Below, in pieces: positions 30,953 through 40,263 of a stretch of DNA of 64,000 nt (position 1 is the first letter of the stretch; each line of letters begins with the position of its first letter). A model generated the notes under the pieces. It did no database searches. It saw only the letters and a list, made by a program, of their open reading frames with translations, and had not been told where the DNA came from. Both the position numbers and the translations under genes were made by a program. The DNA comes from Spirochaetia bacterium (GTDB lineage: Bacteria > Spirochaetota > Spirochaetia > UBA9216): positions 160,001 to 224,000 of the forward strand of contig OZ223272.1 of NCBI GenBank assembly GCA_965140585.1, written 5' to 3'.

Positions 30953-31039
30953 AACTATAAACAGATTAAACGAAGATTTTACATCCTGTCAAATTATTTT
31001 TGAAATTCTGTATGACCTGACAGCAATTAAGCTGATTAT

Positions 31040-32086
31040 TCACATTTCTGGACAGCTATCCCTGAAAAACACATGTGTATCGATGATTTTTGTCTTTGGT
31101 TTGGCCATGGAATCAACTAGAAGTTCGGCCATCATCTTTAAAGCCTCTGAATTGATTAGCTCATAATCATGATGAATAGTAGTAATAGTTGGAGAACTGA
31201 TTTCTGCAATCATGGCAGATCCATAGGCAATTACTTCCATATCAGACGGAATATCAATTCCTGTATCTTTTAAAGCACTGATCAGATTGTAGGCTATAAG
31301 ATCGTTCTGAACAAAGATCCCTTTTGAACGATTGCCGAGTTCAAGAATTTTTTCAGAACACCATTTACCTACATCAGGATTTAGAACGTTCTTCAGCTTA
31401 AGATTAAGATTTTCCGGAATCTCTAATTCAATTACAGAAATTCCCTTTTGTTCACAGGTTTCTGAAAAACTGTCCTTCCTGCGGGCAATATTGGTATGTA
31501 TGTTGGAACGCTTCTCAGTAATCAACACAGCACTGCTCATACCTTTTTTAGAAAAAACTTCAGCTGCAAGATTACCCGCTTTCGCGTTATCTACCTTAAT
31601 CACCGAATGTTTATCAGAATCACCATAAAGCAGAATAAGCGGTGTTGAGATATTGAGGTCATTCAGAAAAGCCAAGTCATCAGCAGAAATAGGGGGTACA
31701 AGAATGCCATTATAACCTGTATTAAAAAAAACACTGGAATATTTACTCAATGCGCCTTCTTCAAAAGGAATAATAGAAAACCTCATTTCCGGGATTTTTC
31801 CGCTACTAATCAGCGTTTGCGCCTTATCAATAAAATTATTCAGAAATGAAAAATGCTGATAGGGAGACCAGAGTATAGCTATTTCAGGAGAAGAGATGAG
31901 AGCTGTTTTACTGGTCAGCTTCCTCGCGGCTACATTTGGTATATAGCCCAGAGCACTAGCTGTCTTTCTGATATTATCAATGGTTTTTTTTGCGATTCGC
32001 ATTTTCTCACCTTTGCCGTTAAGAACAAAGGAAACGGTAGATGGAGAAACCCCGGCAGCTTTTGCCACATCATAAATACTTGCCAT
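31040..32086 (-). CDS. LacI family transcriptional regulator
   Basis: MASIYDVAKAAGVSPSTVSFVLNG..LGYIPNVAARKL; start moved to ATG 32086. Confidence 0.92.
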   Translation of the reverse strand: MASIYDVAKAAGVSPSTVSFVLNGKGEKMRIAKKTIDNIRKTASALGYIPNVAARKLTSKTALISSPEIAILWSPYQHFSFLNNFIDKAQTLISSGKIPEMRFSIIPFEEGALSKYSSVFFNTGYNGILVPPISADDLAFLNDLNISTPLILLYGDSDKHSVIKVDNAKAGNLAAEVFSKKGMSSAVLITEKRSNIHTNIARRKDSFSETCEQKGISVIELEIPENLNLKLKNVLNPDVGKWCSEKILELGNRSKGIFVQNDLIAYNLISALKDTGIDIPSDMEVIAYGSAMIAEISSPTITTIHHDYELINSEALKMMAELLVDSMAKPKTKIIDTHVFFRDSCPEM

Positions 32087-32173
32087 AATTAGCTTCAGTA
32101 TACCAGACATTACATAATTACTGTCAACTACGATTTTGACATAGAATTTTATGATGAATGCGATAAAATATAA

Positions 32174-33250
32174 GTGTTGAGTTTTGTCTTCAAAGAGAAT
32201 AAAATGGATAATATGGAGAAGCACTATAAAAGCACCGTCAAAACCGTTTTTCTTCTGCTGATATTTCTCTTATCTGCAGGGTTTAATGTATACGGCCAGA
32301 TTGATAAACCTGTTTTAACTGTACTCGACTTCAGAGTCAGTCAGGTTTCTGAGCAGGAAGCTCTTATTCTAACCGATTTTCTGTCCGGGCATCTTGTTGC
32401 GACAGCAAAGTACAGAGTCATAGACAGAACCCAGCGGGAAACCATCCTGAGTGAACTGCAGTTTTCATACGGAGGCTGTACAGATGAAAGCTGTCAGCTA
32501 GAAGTTGGTAGACTGCTTGCTGCTCAATACATTGTAATTGGAAGTCTCGGCCGAATCGGATCGAGAATGATTTTGAACATGAGCCTTGTAGAGGTTGAAA
32601 CCGGCGAGACAAAGAACAGTGTCTCAGGTAAATACGCTGATCTTGATGAGCTTGTTGATGATAGTGAAACAATCGTTGCCCGACTTACAGGAGCTGAGGT
32701 TCCTACAGTTGCTACAACTCCCGCACAGCCCAAGGAACCTGAACCGGCAGAGGAACCAAGTGCAATGATAGGCGGAAGCTCAGGTTCTGATGATACAGGA
32801 ATGGTCGATGTAAGCAAAGACAGCACATCGGTCAGAACGGCATCTTCATCAAAACCCAAATCTGATGCACGTTTCAGATTCGATATTGGCGCTCAGTTAG
32901 GCGGAGCTTTCGATGCCTACGATACTCTGGCCTGGGGCTTATATGCCGGAGGTCTTATCCCGTTTGGCGAAGCATTCGGAATGGGTATATATATTGATAC
33001 TATGGCTCCGATTGACTATACCGAGGACACTGATATCCTGATCGGAACAAACTTTTACTTTGGAAATCCTGAAAGCATTGCTCTTGGTCTTGGTGCCGAG
33101 GTCAGCCCGCAGCTGGGCAGCGCTTTTTCCACATCTTTTATCGGAGTGACCGGAACTCTTTATATTGCAGGACTGAGCCTGCGTGTTTTCTATACAGAAA
33201 CAGCCTTTGACGGAGTTGTAATACTGCTGGGCGCAGGATTGTATTTCTGA
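32174..33250 (+). CDS. Exported protein: CsgG/TolB-N-like domain, Pro-rich linker, small C-terminal beta-barrel
   Basis: Signal peptide; VIDR..ILSE..GCTDESCQLEVGRLLAAQYIVIGSLG; amphipathic strands ending in YF; true start probably 32204 or 32213. Confidence 0.6.
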   Translation: MLSFVFKENKMDNMEKHYKSTVKTVFLLLIFLLSAGFNVYGQIDKPVLTVLDFRVSQVSEQEALILTDFLSGHLVATAKYRVIDRTQRETILSELQFSYGGCTDESCQLEVGRLLAAQYIVIGSLGRIGSRMILNMSLVEVETGETKNSVSGKYADLDELVDDSETIVARLTGAEVPTVATTPAQPKEPEPAEEPSAMIGGSSGSDDTGMVDVSKDSTSVRTASSSKPKSDARFRFDIGAQLGGAFDAYDTLAWGLYAGGLIPFGEAFGMGIYIDTMAPIDYTEDTDILIGTNFYFGNPESIALGLGAEVSPQLGSAFSTSFIGVTGTLYIAGLSLRVFYTETAFDGVVILLGAGLYF

Positions 33251-33273
33251 TAATTAGTATAATCTGAACATAG

Positions 33274-33302
33274 AAAAAGGCTGCATTTCTGCAGCCTTTT
33301 TT
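33274..33302. terminator. Bidirectional intrinsic terminator
   Basis: AAAAAGGCTGCA-TTTC-TGCAGCCTTTTT between convergent genes. Confidence 0.9.
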
Positions 33303-33339
33303 ATTGGGACCTATTGATAATTCCAGTTACAGGAACTGC

Positions 33340-34605
33340 TCATACCTTTATAAACGGTTCTCCGTTGAATTCCTTAACAGCTTCTATCATTGCGGCAAGG
33401 TTTCTGATTGGGGTCATTGCCTGAACATTATGAATGGTATTGAATACAAAGCCTCCGTCTTTTGAGAAAACCTCGCAGGTTTTAAGAACTTCAGCACGGA
33501 CTTCTTCGGGAGTTCCGAATGGAAGAGTCTTCTGAGTATCCACTCCCCCGCCCCAGAAAACTACATCATTTCCATATTCATTTTTCAGCATATTCATATC
33601 CATATCCGAGGCTGTCCATTGAACCGGGTTGATAATATCAAAACCGGTCTCAATAATTTCGCGCAGAAGAGGTCTTATCGAACCGCAGGAATGCTTAAAG
33701 ACTTTCCAGTTGGTATTCTCATGTATCCATTTATTAATTCGGACATAATAAGGAGCGTAGAGTGAAGTGAAAGTTTCCACTGAACAAAATGGACCATTCT
33801 GCGTACCGAAATCATTTCCGCAGATATAGGCCGTCTGTATCACATCACCTAGAACTGAATGAATTTTCTTAAGATTATCGATGGCAATATCAGTCTGCCG
33901 GGTAAAAATTTCGTGCAGAAAATCCTGCCTCATTGCTGTTGACATATACCATTCAGTCACATCCCTTATACCCTTGGGGTCCTTCAGTCCGGGCCCGGGA
34001 ACGCAGGCTATATCGCCTATAGCAGTCCCCCCCAGATTTCCGACAACATAATAATCAGAATCCTTCAGGCCAGATGCAGCATCAGCATAGTAAGCCAGGT
34101 CCTTGTCAGAAACCGGGCTGAATTCCTCAAGGTTATCCTCAACCTTAAGGTCACCTTCAACAATCGGCTTCTGCCGGATTGTTGAGTCAAAGAAAAATCC
34201 TCCCTCAGGCATAATTGCAGCCGGAGGATAACCGGTATCACCGCCGGCATATATTGAAAGAGCACCTGAATCTTCAGTTACTACAAAGCCCTCAGGAACC
34301 ATAAGTTTCTGTCCCCAGGGTGCAGTCCACGGACGGTAATTTTCATTTTCAAAACCATACATGGTCCATGGACTCCAGAGAGGCTTTGTGTCTATTCCTA
34401 AAGCCTCGCGAAGGTCATCGTCTATTTCTCCGAGCATCTGGTATGGTTCGAATACTTTGACCGGTTTATTATCGAGGCTGTAAAATTTTCTCAGTTCTTC
34501 AACCATCGTCACATGGATTCCTGTAGTAGGAAATCCGCCGAAATCAACAGGGATAGGGCCTGACTGATGATTTACTGCTGTCTGTATTTTCTGTTTTGAG
34601 TTCAC
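33340..34605 (-). CDS. Uroporphyrinogen decarboxylase-like / MtaA-CmuA family protein
   Basis: PVDFGG; DFGTQ; FKHSCGS; NPVQ; FWGGGVDTQKTLPFGTPEEV; HNVQ. Confidence 0.85.
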   Translation of the reverse strand: MNSKQKIQTAVNHQSGPIPVDFGGFPTTGIHVTMVEELRKFYSLDNKPVKVFEPYQMLGEIDDDLREALGIDTKPLWSPWTMYGFENENYRPWTAPWGQKLMVPEGFVVTEDSGALSIYAGGDTGYPPAAIMPEGGFFFDSTIRQKPIVEGDLKVEDNLEEFSPVSDKDLAYYADAASGLKDSDYYVVGNLGGTAIGDIACVPGPGLKDPKGIRDVTEWYMSTAMRQDFLHEIFTRQTDIAIDNLKKIHSVLGDVIQTAYICGNDFGTQNGPFCSVETFTSLYAPYYVRINKWIHENTNWKVFKHSCGSIRPLLREIIETGFDIINPVQWTASDMDMNMLKNEYGNDVVFWGGGVDTQKTLPFGTPEEVRAEVLKTCEVFSKDGGFVFNTIHNVQAMTPIRNLAAMIEAVKEFNGEPFIKV

Positions 34606-34606
34606 T

Positions 34607-35584
34607 TTATCTCCTCTCTCTTTTAGAATAAATTGTCAGAACAATAAGAATAACAGCCCCGTATACTATCTGCCTTCCGCCCTCGCCGGATTTCAGGCTG
34701 ACCATAATACTGTTCAGGGTTGTTAAAACAATTGTTCCTGCTACTGCTCCCAGATAGCTTCCAGTTCCGCCGGAGAGGGCAACACCGCCTATTACTGCAG
34801 CAGCTATAGTCGGCATAACATATGCAGAGCCCAGATCCAGATAGGAAGTTCCTGTATAACCTAGAAGACATATACCGGCCACAGCAGAGATCATTCCGCT
34901 GAAACCGTAAACAAAAAATCTTGTTCTTTTTGTCCTTATACCGGAAAGTTCAGCGGTTGTCCGGTTGGCACCCATTCCATATACTATTTTACCTGTTTTA
35001 GTGTATTCAAGCAGCAGAACCCCGGCAATAATAATAATAATCCATATAAAAAGAATATTCGGGACTGCTCCGCTGCGGCCTGAACCTGCTGCGACAAGCA
35101 GTGAAGAGGCCCTCCCCTTCGGCTGCCCTCCGGTATAAACAAGGGCTATCCCCTGAACTACACTGGACATTGCAAGAGTCATAACCAGGGGCGGTATTTT
35201 AAGAAAGGAAATACCGGCTCCGTTTACAAGACCTATCGCAAAGCCTGCAGCAAGTACAGCAATCAATGCCGGAACAAGCCTACTATTGCTTCCGGCCATT
35301 ATCTGTGAAGCCATAACAGTACTGAGTGAAATTATACTTCCTACGGAAAGATCGATTCCCTCACCGCCTGAAATTATTATCAAAGTCTGAGCAAGAACCA
35401 CTATACCCAGAAATGAAGACAGGCCCAGCACATTCATAAGATGATCAGGATGCAGGAACCCACGGTTGATTACTCCGCCTGCAAGAAACAGCAGCACAGC
35501 CATTATAAATGCTGCTGCTACCCTGTTTTCCATAAGCTGCCTGATACGGCCGGTGCCTGCTGAAAGAATTTGTGTATTTGACAT
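34607..35584 (-). CDS. Sugar ABC transporter permease (RbsC/CUT2 type)
   Basis: GIDLSVG; IPPLVMTL; IAAAVIGGVALSGG. Confidence 0.92.
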   Translation of the reverse strand: MSNTQILSAGTGRIRQLMENRVAAAFIMAVLLFLAGGVINRGFLHPDHLMNVLGLSSFLGIVVLAQTLIIISGGEGIDLSVGSIISLSTVMASQIMAGSNSRLVPALIAVLAAGFAIGLVNGAGISFLKIPPLVMTLAMSSVVQGIALVYTGGQPKGRASSLLVAAGSGRSGAVPNILFIWIIIIIAGVLLLEYTKTGKIVYGMGANRTTAELSGIRTKRTRFFVYGFSGMISAVAGICLLGYTGTSYLDLGSAYVMPTIAAAVIGGVALSGGTGSYLGAVAGTIVLTTLNSIMVSLKSGEGGRQIVYGAVILIVLTIYSKRERR

Positions 35585-35585
35585 A

Positions 35586-36548
35586 TCAGATCCCCTCCTT
35601 CATCGGACTGATTTTCAGGTTGGGTATTATTGCAACCCCGAGTGCCAGAATAATAATTATTCCCCGGATAAGCTCCTGATACAGTGAAGGGATATTTGCA
35701 AAAAAGACAACATTAGTCAGAAATCCGAAGACAAGAGCCCCGGCGGCTGCTCCGGTCAGATTGCCCTTTCCTCCGCTGAATGAAACTCCGCCTACAATGA
35801 CAGCAGCAACTGACTGCAGGGTAAAGGGCTGGCCGATTGATGCATCCCCGGAGGCAGCCTGGCAGGTTACTGCGACTGCTGCAAGAGATGTAAAAAATCC
35901 GCTTAACATATATGCCTTGAATTTCACAGACAATACCTTAATTCCGCTTGCATCTGCCGCTTTTTCATTTCCGCCTACTGCAAAAATATAACGGTAGAGA
36001 GGCCGTCTGCTTACGGCGAACCAGACAAGAAATGCTATTGCCACGAGAATAAGCGGTGCTGGAATGAACAGCAGCATTTTCTTGTAAAGACGGTAAAACG
36101 ATGCAGGAATATAACCGCCGGGCTGCGGCATAATTATAAGAGCTATGCCGAACCAGATGGAAGATGTAGCGAAGGTTGATACCATAGCCGGAAGCTTCAG
36201 GATTCCTATTGTTACGCCGTTTACAACACCGATTAAAAGCCCTATAAGGACTGCGGCAATAAGAGCCGCAATTATTGAACCGGCGGAATCCCTCATCATC
36301 ACAGACATCACAACATTAATCAAAGTAACAGCAGCACCTATGGAAAGGTCTATAGTTCCAAGCAGTATTGCCACGCCCTGTGCCATAGCAACGAGAACCA
36401 GAGGTGTGAATGTCGCCGAGTTTATCCTGAAGGCTATCGGATTGAAAAACCTCGGCTGAAGGAATGCATTTATAACTACCAGAATAAGAAGGACTGCAAA
36501 AACCGGAAAAATTGTACTGGTTTTGAATTTTACGAAAAGTTTACCCAT
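35586..36548 (-). CDS. Sugar ABC transporter permease (RbsC/CUT2 type)
   Basis: TIDLSIG; AVGGNEKAADASGI; VAAVIVGGVSFSGG. Confidence 0.92.
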   Translation of the reverse strand: MGKLFVKFKTSTIFPVFAVLLILVVINAFLQPRFFNPIAFRINSATFTPLVLVAMAQGVAILLGTIDLSIGAAVTLINVVMSVMMRDSAGSIIAALIAAVLIGLLIGVVNGVTIGILKLPAMVSTFATSSIWFGIALIIMPQPGGYIPASFYRLYKKMLLFIPAPLILVAIAFLVWFAVSRRPLYRYIFAVGGNEKAADASGIKVLSVKFKAYMLSGFFTSLAAVAVTCQAASGDASIGQPFTLQSVAAVIVGGVSFSGGKGNLTGAAAGALVFGFLTNVVFFANIPSLYQELIRGIIIILALGVAIIPNLKISPMKEGI

Positions 36549-38082
36549 TTACGACCTCCTCTCTTGCAGAACAGCCCATATTGAGAGCATGAGATACAAG
36601 TATTTCATCAGTCAGACAGTCATTTTCAAGGTCCTGAACTATACAGCCCTCAAACATTACACAAATTCGATCGCAGAGCGAAATCAGTTCTGTATTATCA
36701 CTCGCAAAAAGAATCACAGAAGTGCCTTCCTCTGCCAGCTCTCTTACAACATTATAAAGTTCCTCTTTTGCATGCACATCAACACCCTTTGCCGGATCGC
36801 TGAGCAGCAGCACCGAAGGTTTGAGCGACAGCCATTTACCCACAACAACCTTCTGCTGGTTTCCTCCGCTGAGTTCAGAAACCTTCTGCTTTTCATCCCT
36901 CGCTGCGACTGATAGTTTCTTCATCACAGAAACAGCATCCTCGCGAATTTTCCTTTTATTCAGAAGCCCCCTGTGTTCCCGGCCGCTGAACTGCGGAAAA
37001 ACAATATTGCTCATAATGTCATGCTGGGTAAACAGACCTTCTTCGTTACGGTCACCTGGGACCAGTACTATACCCTGTGCTATAGCCTGCTTAGGATGCC
37101 TGATATGAAGCGGCATCCCGCTGATACTGAAACACTCATATGATGAGGAGAGGTATCCGGATAAAGCAAGAAGCAGTTCTTCCTGCCCCTGACCCTGAAG
37201 ACCGGAGATACCGACTATCTCACCCTTTCTGACACTCAGGTTTATATCCTTCAGTACCCCCCTGACTGTGAGGTTTCTGATATTGAGAACCTCATCCTTG
37301 ATTCGCTGATCAGCAGGCATAATCTCTCTTTCTTCACATCCTGCCGATTCTCCGGTAATCAGGGAAACTATCTTCAGCTCATCCTTCCCCTCTTCTTCGA
37401 AATCTACGTCTCCCACACTTACACCGTTTCTGAAAACAGTGATCGAGTCGCATATCTGAAAAACCTCCCACATTCGGTGAGAAATAAAGATCATGGCCAT
37501 ATCCTTTTTGAGCCGTTTTAATACTTCAAAAAGCTTCCGGACTTCTTCCTGCTCAAGAGCTGCAGTAGGCTCATCCAGAATCAGGATCTCAGGTTTTTTA
37601 TAAAAAGCCTTTGATATTTCCACAATCTGTTTTTCTGCCGGTGACAGACTTCCCGCTTTCGCATCAAGATCTATTGTATCTGAAAATTCTTTAAGAACAG
37701 ATGCAGCACGCTGTCTTGAATCTTTCTCATCTGCAAATCAAACGGGTTTAAGAGACTCGGCACCAAGACAGATATTCTGCCACACAGTCAGCTCCGGAAT
37801 CAGACTCAGGTGCTGGTGTACCATTGAAATCTTCATTGCGGCGGCGTCAGCCGGAGAATTTATGCCTGCAGGTTCACCTTTGAAAAACAGCTCTCCGCCG
37901 CTGGGCTGATAGATACCCGTAATAATTCTCGAAACTGTCGTCTTTCCGGATCCGTTAGCCCCGAGAAGACCGCATATACAGCCTTTGTATATCCGGAGAT
38001 TTGCATCGGACAAGGCTGTAACACCGCCGAAATATTTACTTATACCACGGGCTTCAAACAGAATAGAATCCTGTGAAATCAT
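36541..38082 (-). pseudogene. Sugar ABC transporter ATPase (RbsA type) interrupted by in-frame TGA at 37740-37738
   Basis: Walker A GANGSGKT in the 5' ORF; same frame reads KPV*FADEKDSRQRAASVLKEFSDTIDLDAKAGSLSPAEKQIVEISKA into the 3' ORF (LDEPT, LSGGNQQKV). Confidence 0.88.
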
Positions 38083-38139
38083 ATAAATTGTCTCCTAATT
38101 CAGTTAAGACGCGGGGGAGGAAGCCTCCCCCTAAAAGTG

Positions 38140-39195
38140 TTACTTGAACAATGCGTCCAGTTCTTCTTCCGTAAGCCACTCATCAATAAAGTAAGCATCG
38201 GGTTCAAACTGGTATTCATCAAAATATGTATCCAGATTATCGTTCTTTACATGGTCCTTTACGTTGTAGTAAAGATAGTTTTCATCCTCGATAAGACCTT
38301 CTTTGAGTTCTTTACCAAGAAGCATTCTTACACCTACACCAAGCGCTGTTGCACCGATTCCGGGAGGATTGTTCTGACCGTATGATGAGAATCCCTGAGC
38401 ATCTTTCAGCTCTTTCCATTTTTTGACATAGCCCATCATAAGCTCACCTGTAACCACAGGAACTTCACGTCCGGCAGCAATAAAAGCATTTACTGTACCG
38501 AGGGCCATACCATCCTGGGTAAGAACTCCGTCAATTTCAGGATATGAGGTAAGAAGGTTTGAAACCACCTGCTGAGCGCTTGCCTGGTCCCAGTTTCCGT
38601 TTACTTCTGTGAGAACATTGATGCCGGGATATTTTTTAAGCACATCATGCATTCCTCTGAGTCTGTTTACATTAGCCGGGTGTCCTGCAATACCGCTTAC
38701 AATTACAATATTGCCTTCCCCGCCAAGTTCATCGCAGAACCACTGAGCAAGATTCGCACCCCACTTAACCTGATCAATAACGATATTGATTGCGTAAGGA
38801 CTTGTAACAGGTGCATCAAGTGCTATTACCGGAATTCCCAGATCATTAGCTTCTTCAATTACAGGATTAAGAGCCGTTTCCGAGTTAGGATCAATAAGAA
38901 GAAGATCCACACCCATTGCAATCATGTTTCTGATCTGACCAATCTGATTGTTGGTATCAAGACCTGCATTCTGAATGATGATTTCACTTATCCAGCCCTT
39001 ACCCTTATAGTATGCGGCGAGGTCTTCAACTGAATCAATCATCTGTGTTCTCCAGCCGTTACCAATGTAACCGTTGCTGAAACCTACAACAAAACCTCCA
39101 TCTGCTTTTTCCTGCTGACCTTCAGCAAGAACCATTCCTCCGGTGACAGCAAGCATCACCAGCGCCGCCAGGATCATGACAGCTGTTCTTTTCAT
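38140..39195 (-). CDS. Sugar ABC transporter substrate-binding protein
   Basis: Signal peptide MKRTAVMIL..VLAEGQQE; GFSNGYIGNGWRTQM; type I periplasmic-binding-protein motifs; GGAGG RBS. Confidence 0.92.
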   Translation of the reverse strand: MKRTAVMILAALVMLAVTGGMVLAEGQQEKADGGFVVGFSNGYIGNGWRTQMIDSVEDLAAYYKGKGWISEIIIQNAGLDTNNQIGQIRNMIAMGVDLLLIDPNSETALNPVIEEANDLGIPVIALDAPVTSPYAINIVIDQVKWGANLAQWFCDELGGEGNIVIVSGIAGHPANVNRLRGMHDVLKKYPGINVLTEVNGNWDQASAQQVVSNLLTSYPEIDGVLTQDGMALGTVNAFIAAGREVPVVTGELMMGYVKKWKELKDAQGFSSYGQNNPPGIGATALGVGVRMLLGKELKEGLIEDENYLYYNVKDHVKNDNLDTYFDEYQFEPDAYFIDEWLTEEELDALFK

Positions 39196-39219
39196 ACACT
39201 CCTCCAAATATTGAGTAGA

Positions 39220-39345
39220 TTGAATTTTTCAACTGGAACAGCTATAATGAAGGGTCTTAATTCTTCGTTGTTCTGTATGCTGTCTGCTCTACCATGTTCC
39301 CGCATGAAGCAGTCGCGTACAGGACGGCGATGTTCCAGTTTGATT
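39220..39345 (+). ncRNA. Candidate antisense structured RNA with its own promoter
   Basis: TTGAAT-N17-TATAAT (39220-39248); then stem TCGTTGTTCTGTATGC / GCGTACAGGACGGCGA, which closes fully only on the + strand (four G-U pairs). Confidence 0.4.
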
Positions 39346-39350
39346 TCATT

Positions 39351-40253
39351 TTAGCACCCTACTTTCTTCAGTACTCCGTCAACAAAATTCTTTGCAGTAG
39401 GAATATAGTCTTCCTCAAGATGTTCAATTATTACCGGAATATTAGGATATAACTGAGACAGTCTCTTGAAGTAGAGTTCATAATTTAGCGAACCAGTTCC
39501 GGGAGCCGGAAGTTCTACAGCACCTGCGCCTCTGAATGTATGGGCTTCTGATGCATCAAGGTCGGCATGTTTTTCAACTGTGTTCTCGGCTCTTTTACAG
39601 TCCTTGGCATGTGCAATTTTAATCTTGTCTGCTACAGAATCAAAAATCCTGTTAAGAGTCAGATCCATATGATCTATATTTGAATCATCAAAATAGTTTG
39701 TCGGATCCATCAGGAGTCCCATTGCAGGATGATTGATGTCGGTAAAGAGTCTGTTAACTTCATCTATTGAACCGATTACATTGTTAACATAATTTTCTAC
39801 CAGAAAAACAGCACCGTGATCATAAGCTTCCTGAACAAGCTCGGAAATTACTTTTACGCATTCCTCATAACCTTCTTCAGTCTTATTTTTAGGATGGTGT
39901 ACCCAGTCACTCTCGGTATTATAGGTTCCTGTTTCAGAAATTACATACGGAGTACCAAGATCTCTTGCATTTCTGATTATCTCTTTAAGGTAATCAACAC
40001 GTCTTTTTCTTTCATCAAGGTCAGGATGAATAATATTGGTATATCCTGAAATTGCACAAACCGGAAGATTTGCATCCCTGAAAGCATCTCTTACTTTATG
40101 ACAATTCTGCTTCGTAATATTTCCCGCGGAAAAGTCTATGTCTTTAAAAGACAGATCCAGCTGAACAGTCTGGAAGCCGTTTTCTTTAAGGCATTTAATT
40201 GACTTATCAAGTGTGTACGGAAAATAACCATTAAAAATTCCTACTGAAAGCAT
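39351..40253 (-). CDS. Sugar phosphate isomerase/epimerase (AP endonuclease 2 TIM barrel)
   Basis: ISETG; LVEN; MDPTN; AHAKD; PGTGSLNY; IIEH. Confidence 0.88.
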   Translation of the reverse strand: MLSVGIFNGYFPYTLDKSIKCLKENGFQTVQLDLSFKDIDFSAGNITKQNCHKVRDAFRDANLPVCAISGYTNIIHPDLDERKRRVDYLKEIIRNARDLGTPYVISETGTYNTESDWVHHPKNKTEEGYEECVKVISELVQEAYDHGAVFLVENYVNNVIGSIDEVNRLFTDINHPAMGLLMDPTNYFDDSNIDHMDLTLNRIFDSVADKIKIAHAKDCKRAENTVEKHADLDASEAHTFRGAGAVELPAPGTGSLNYELYFKRLSQLYPNIPVIIEHLEEDYIPTAKNFVDGVLKKVGC

Positions 40254-40263
40254 TTAATATCTC

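Noticed and set aside
33340-34605. hemE (heme biosynthesis)
   Set aside because: Lacks the N-terminal RQAGR motif and sits at the end of a sugar-uptake operon
39290-39315. GAAGCAG in the hairpin resembling SRP RNA domain IV
   Set aside because: The opposing CAGG and the GNRA tetraloop are absent
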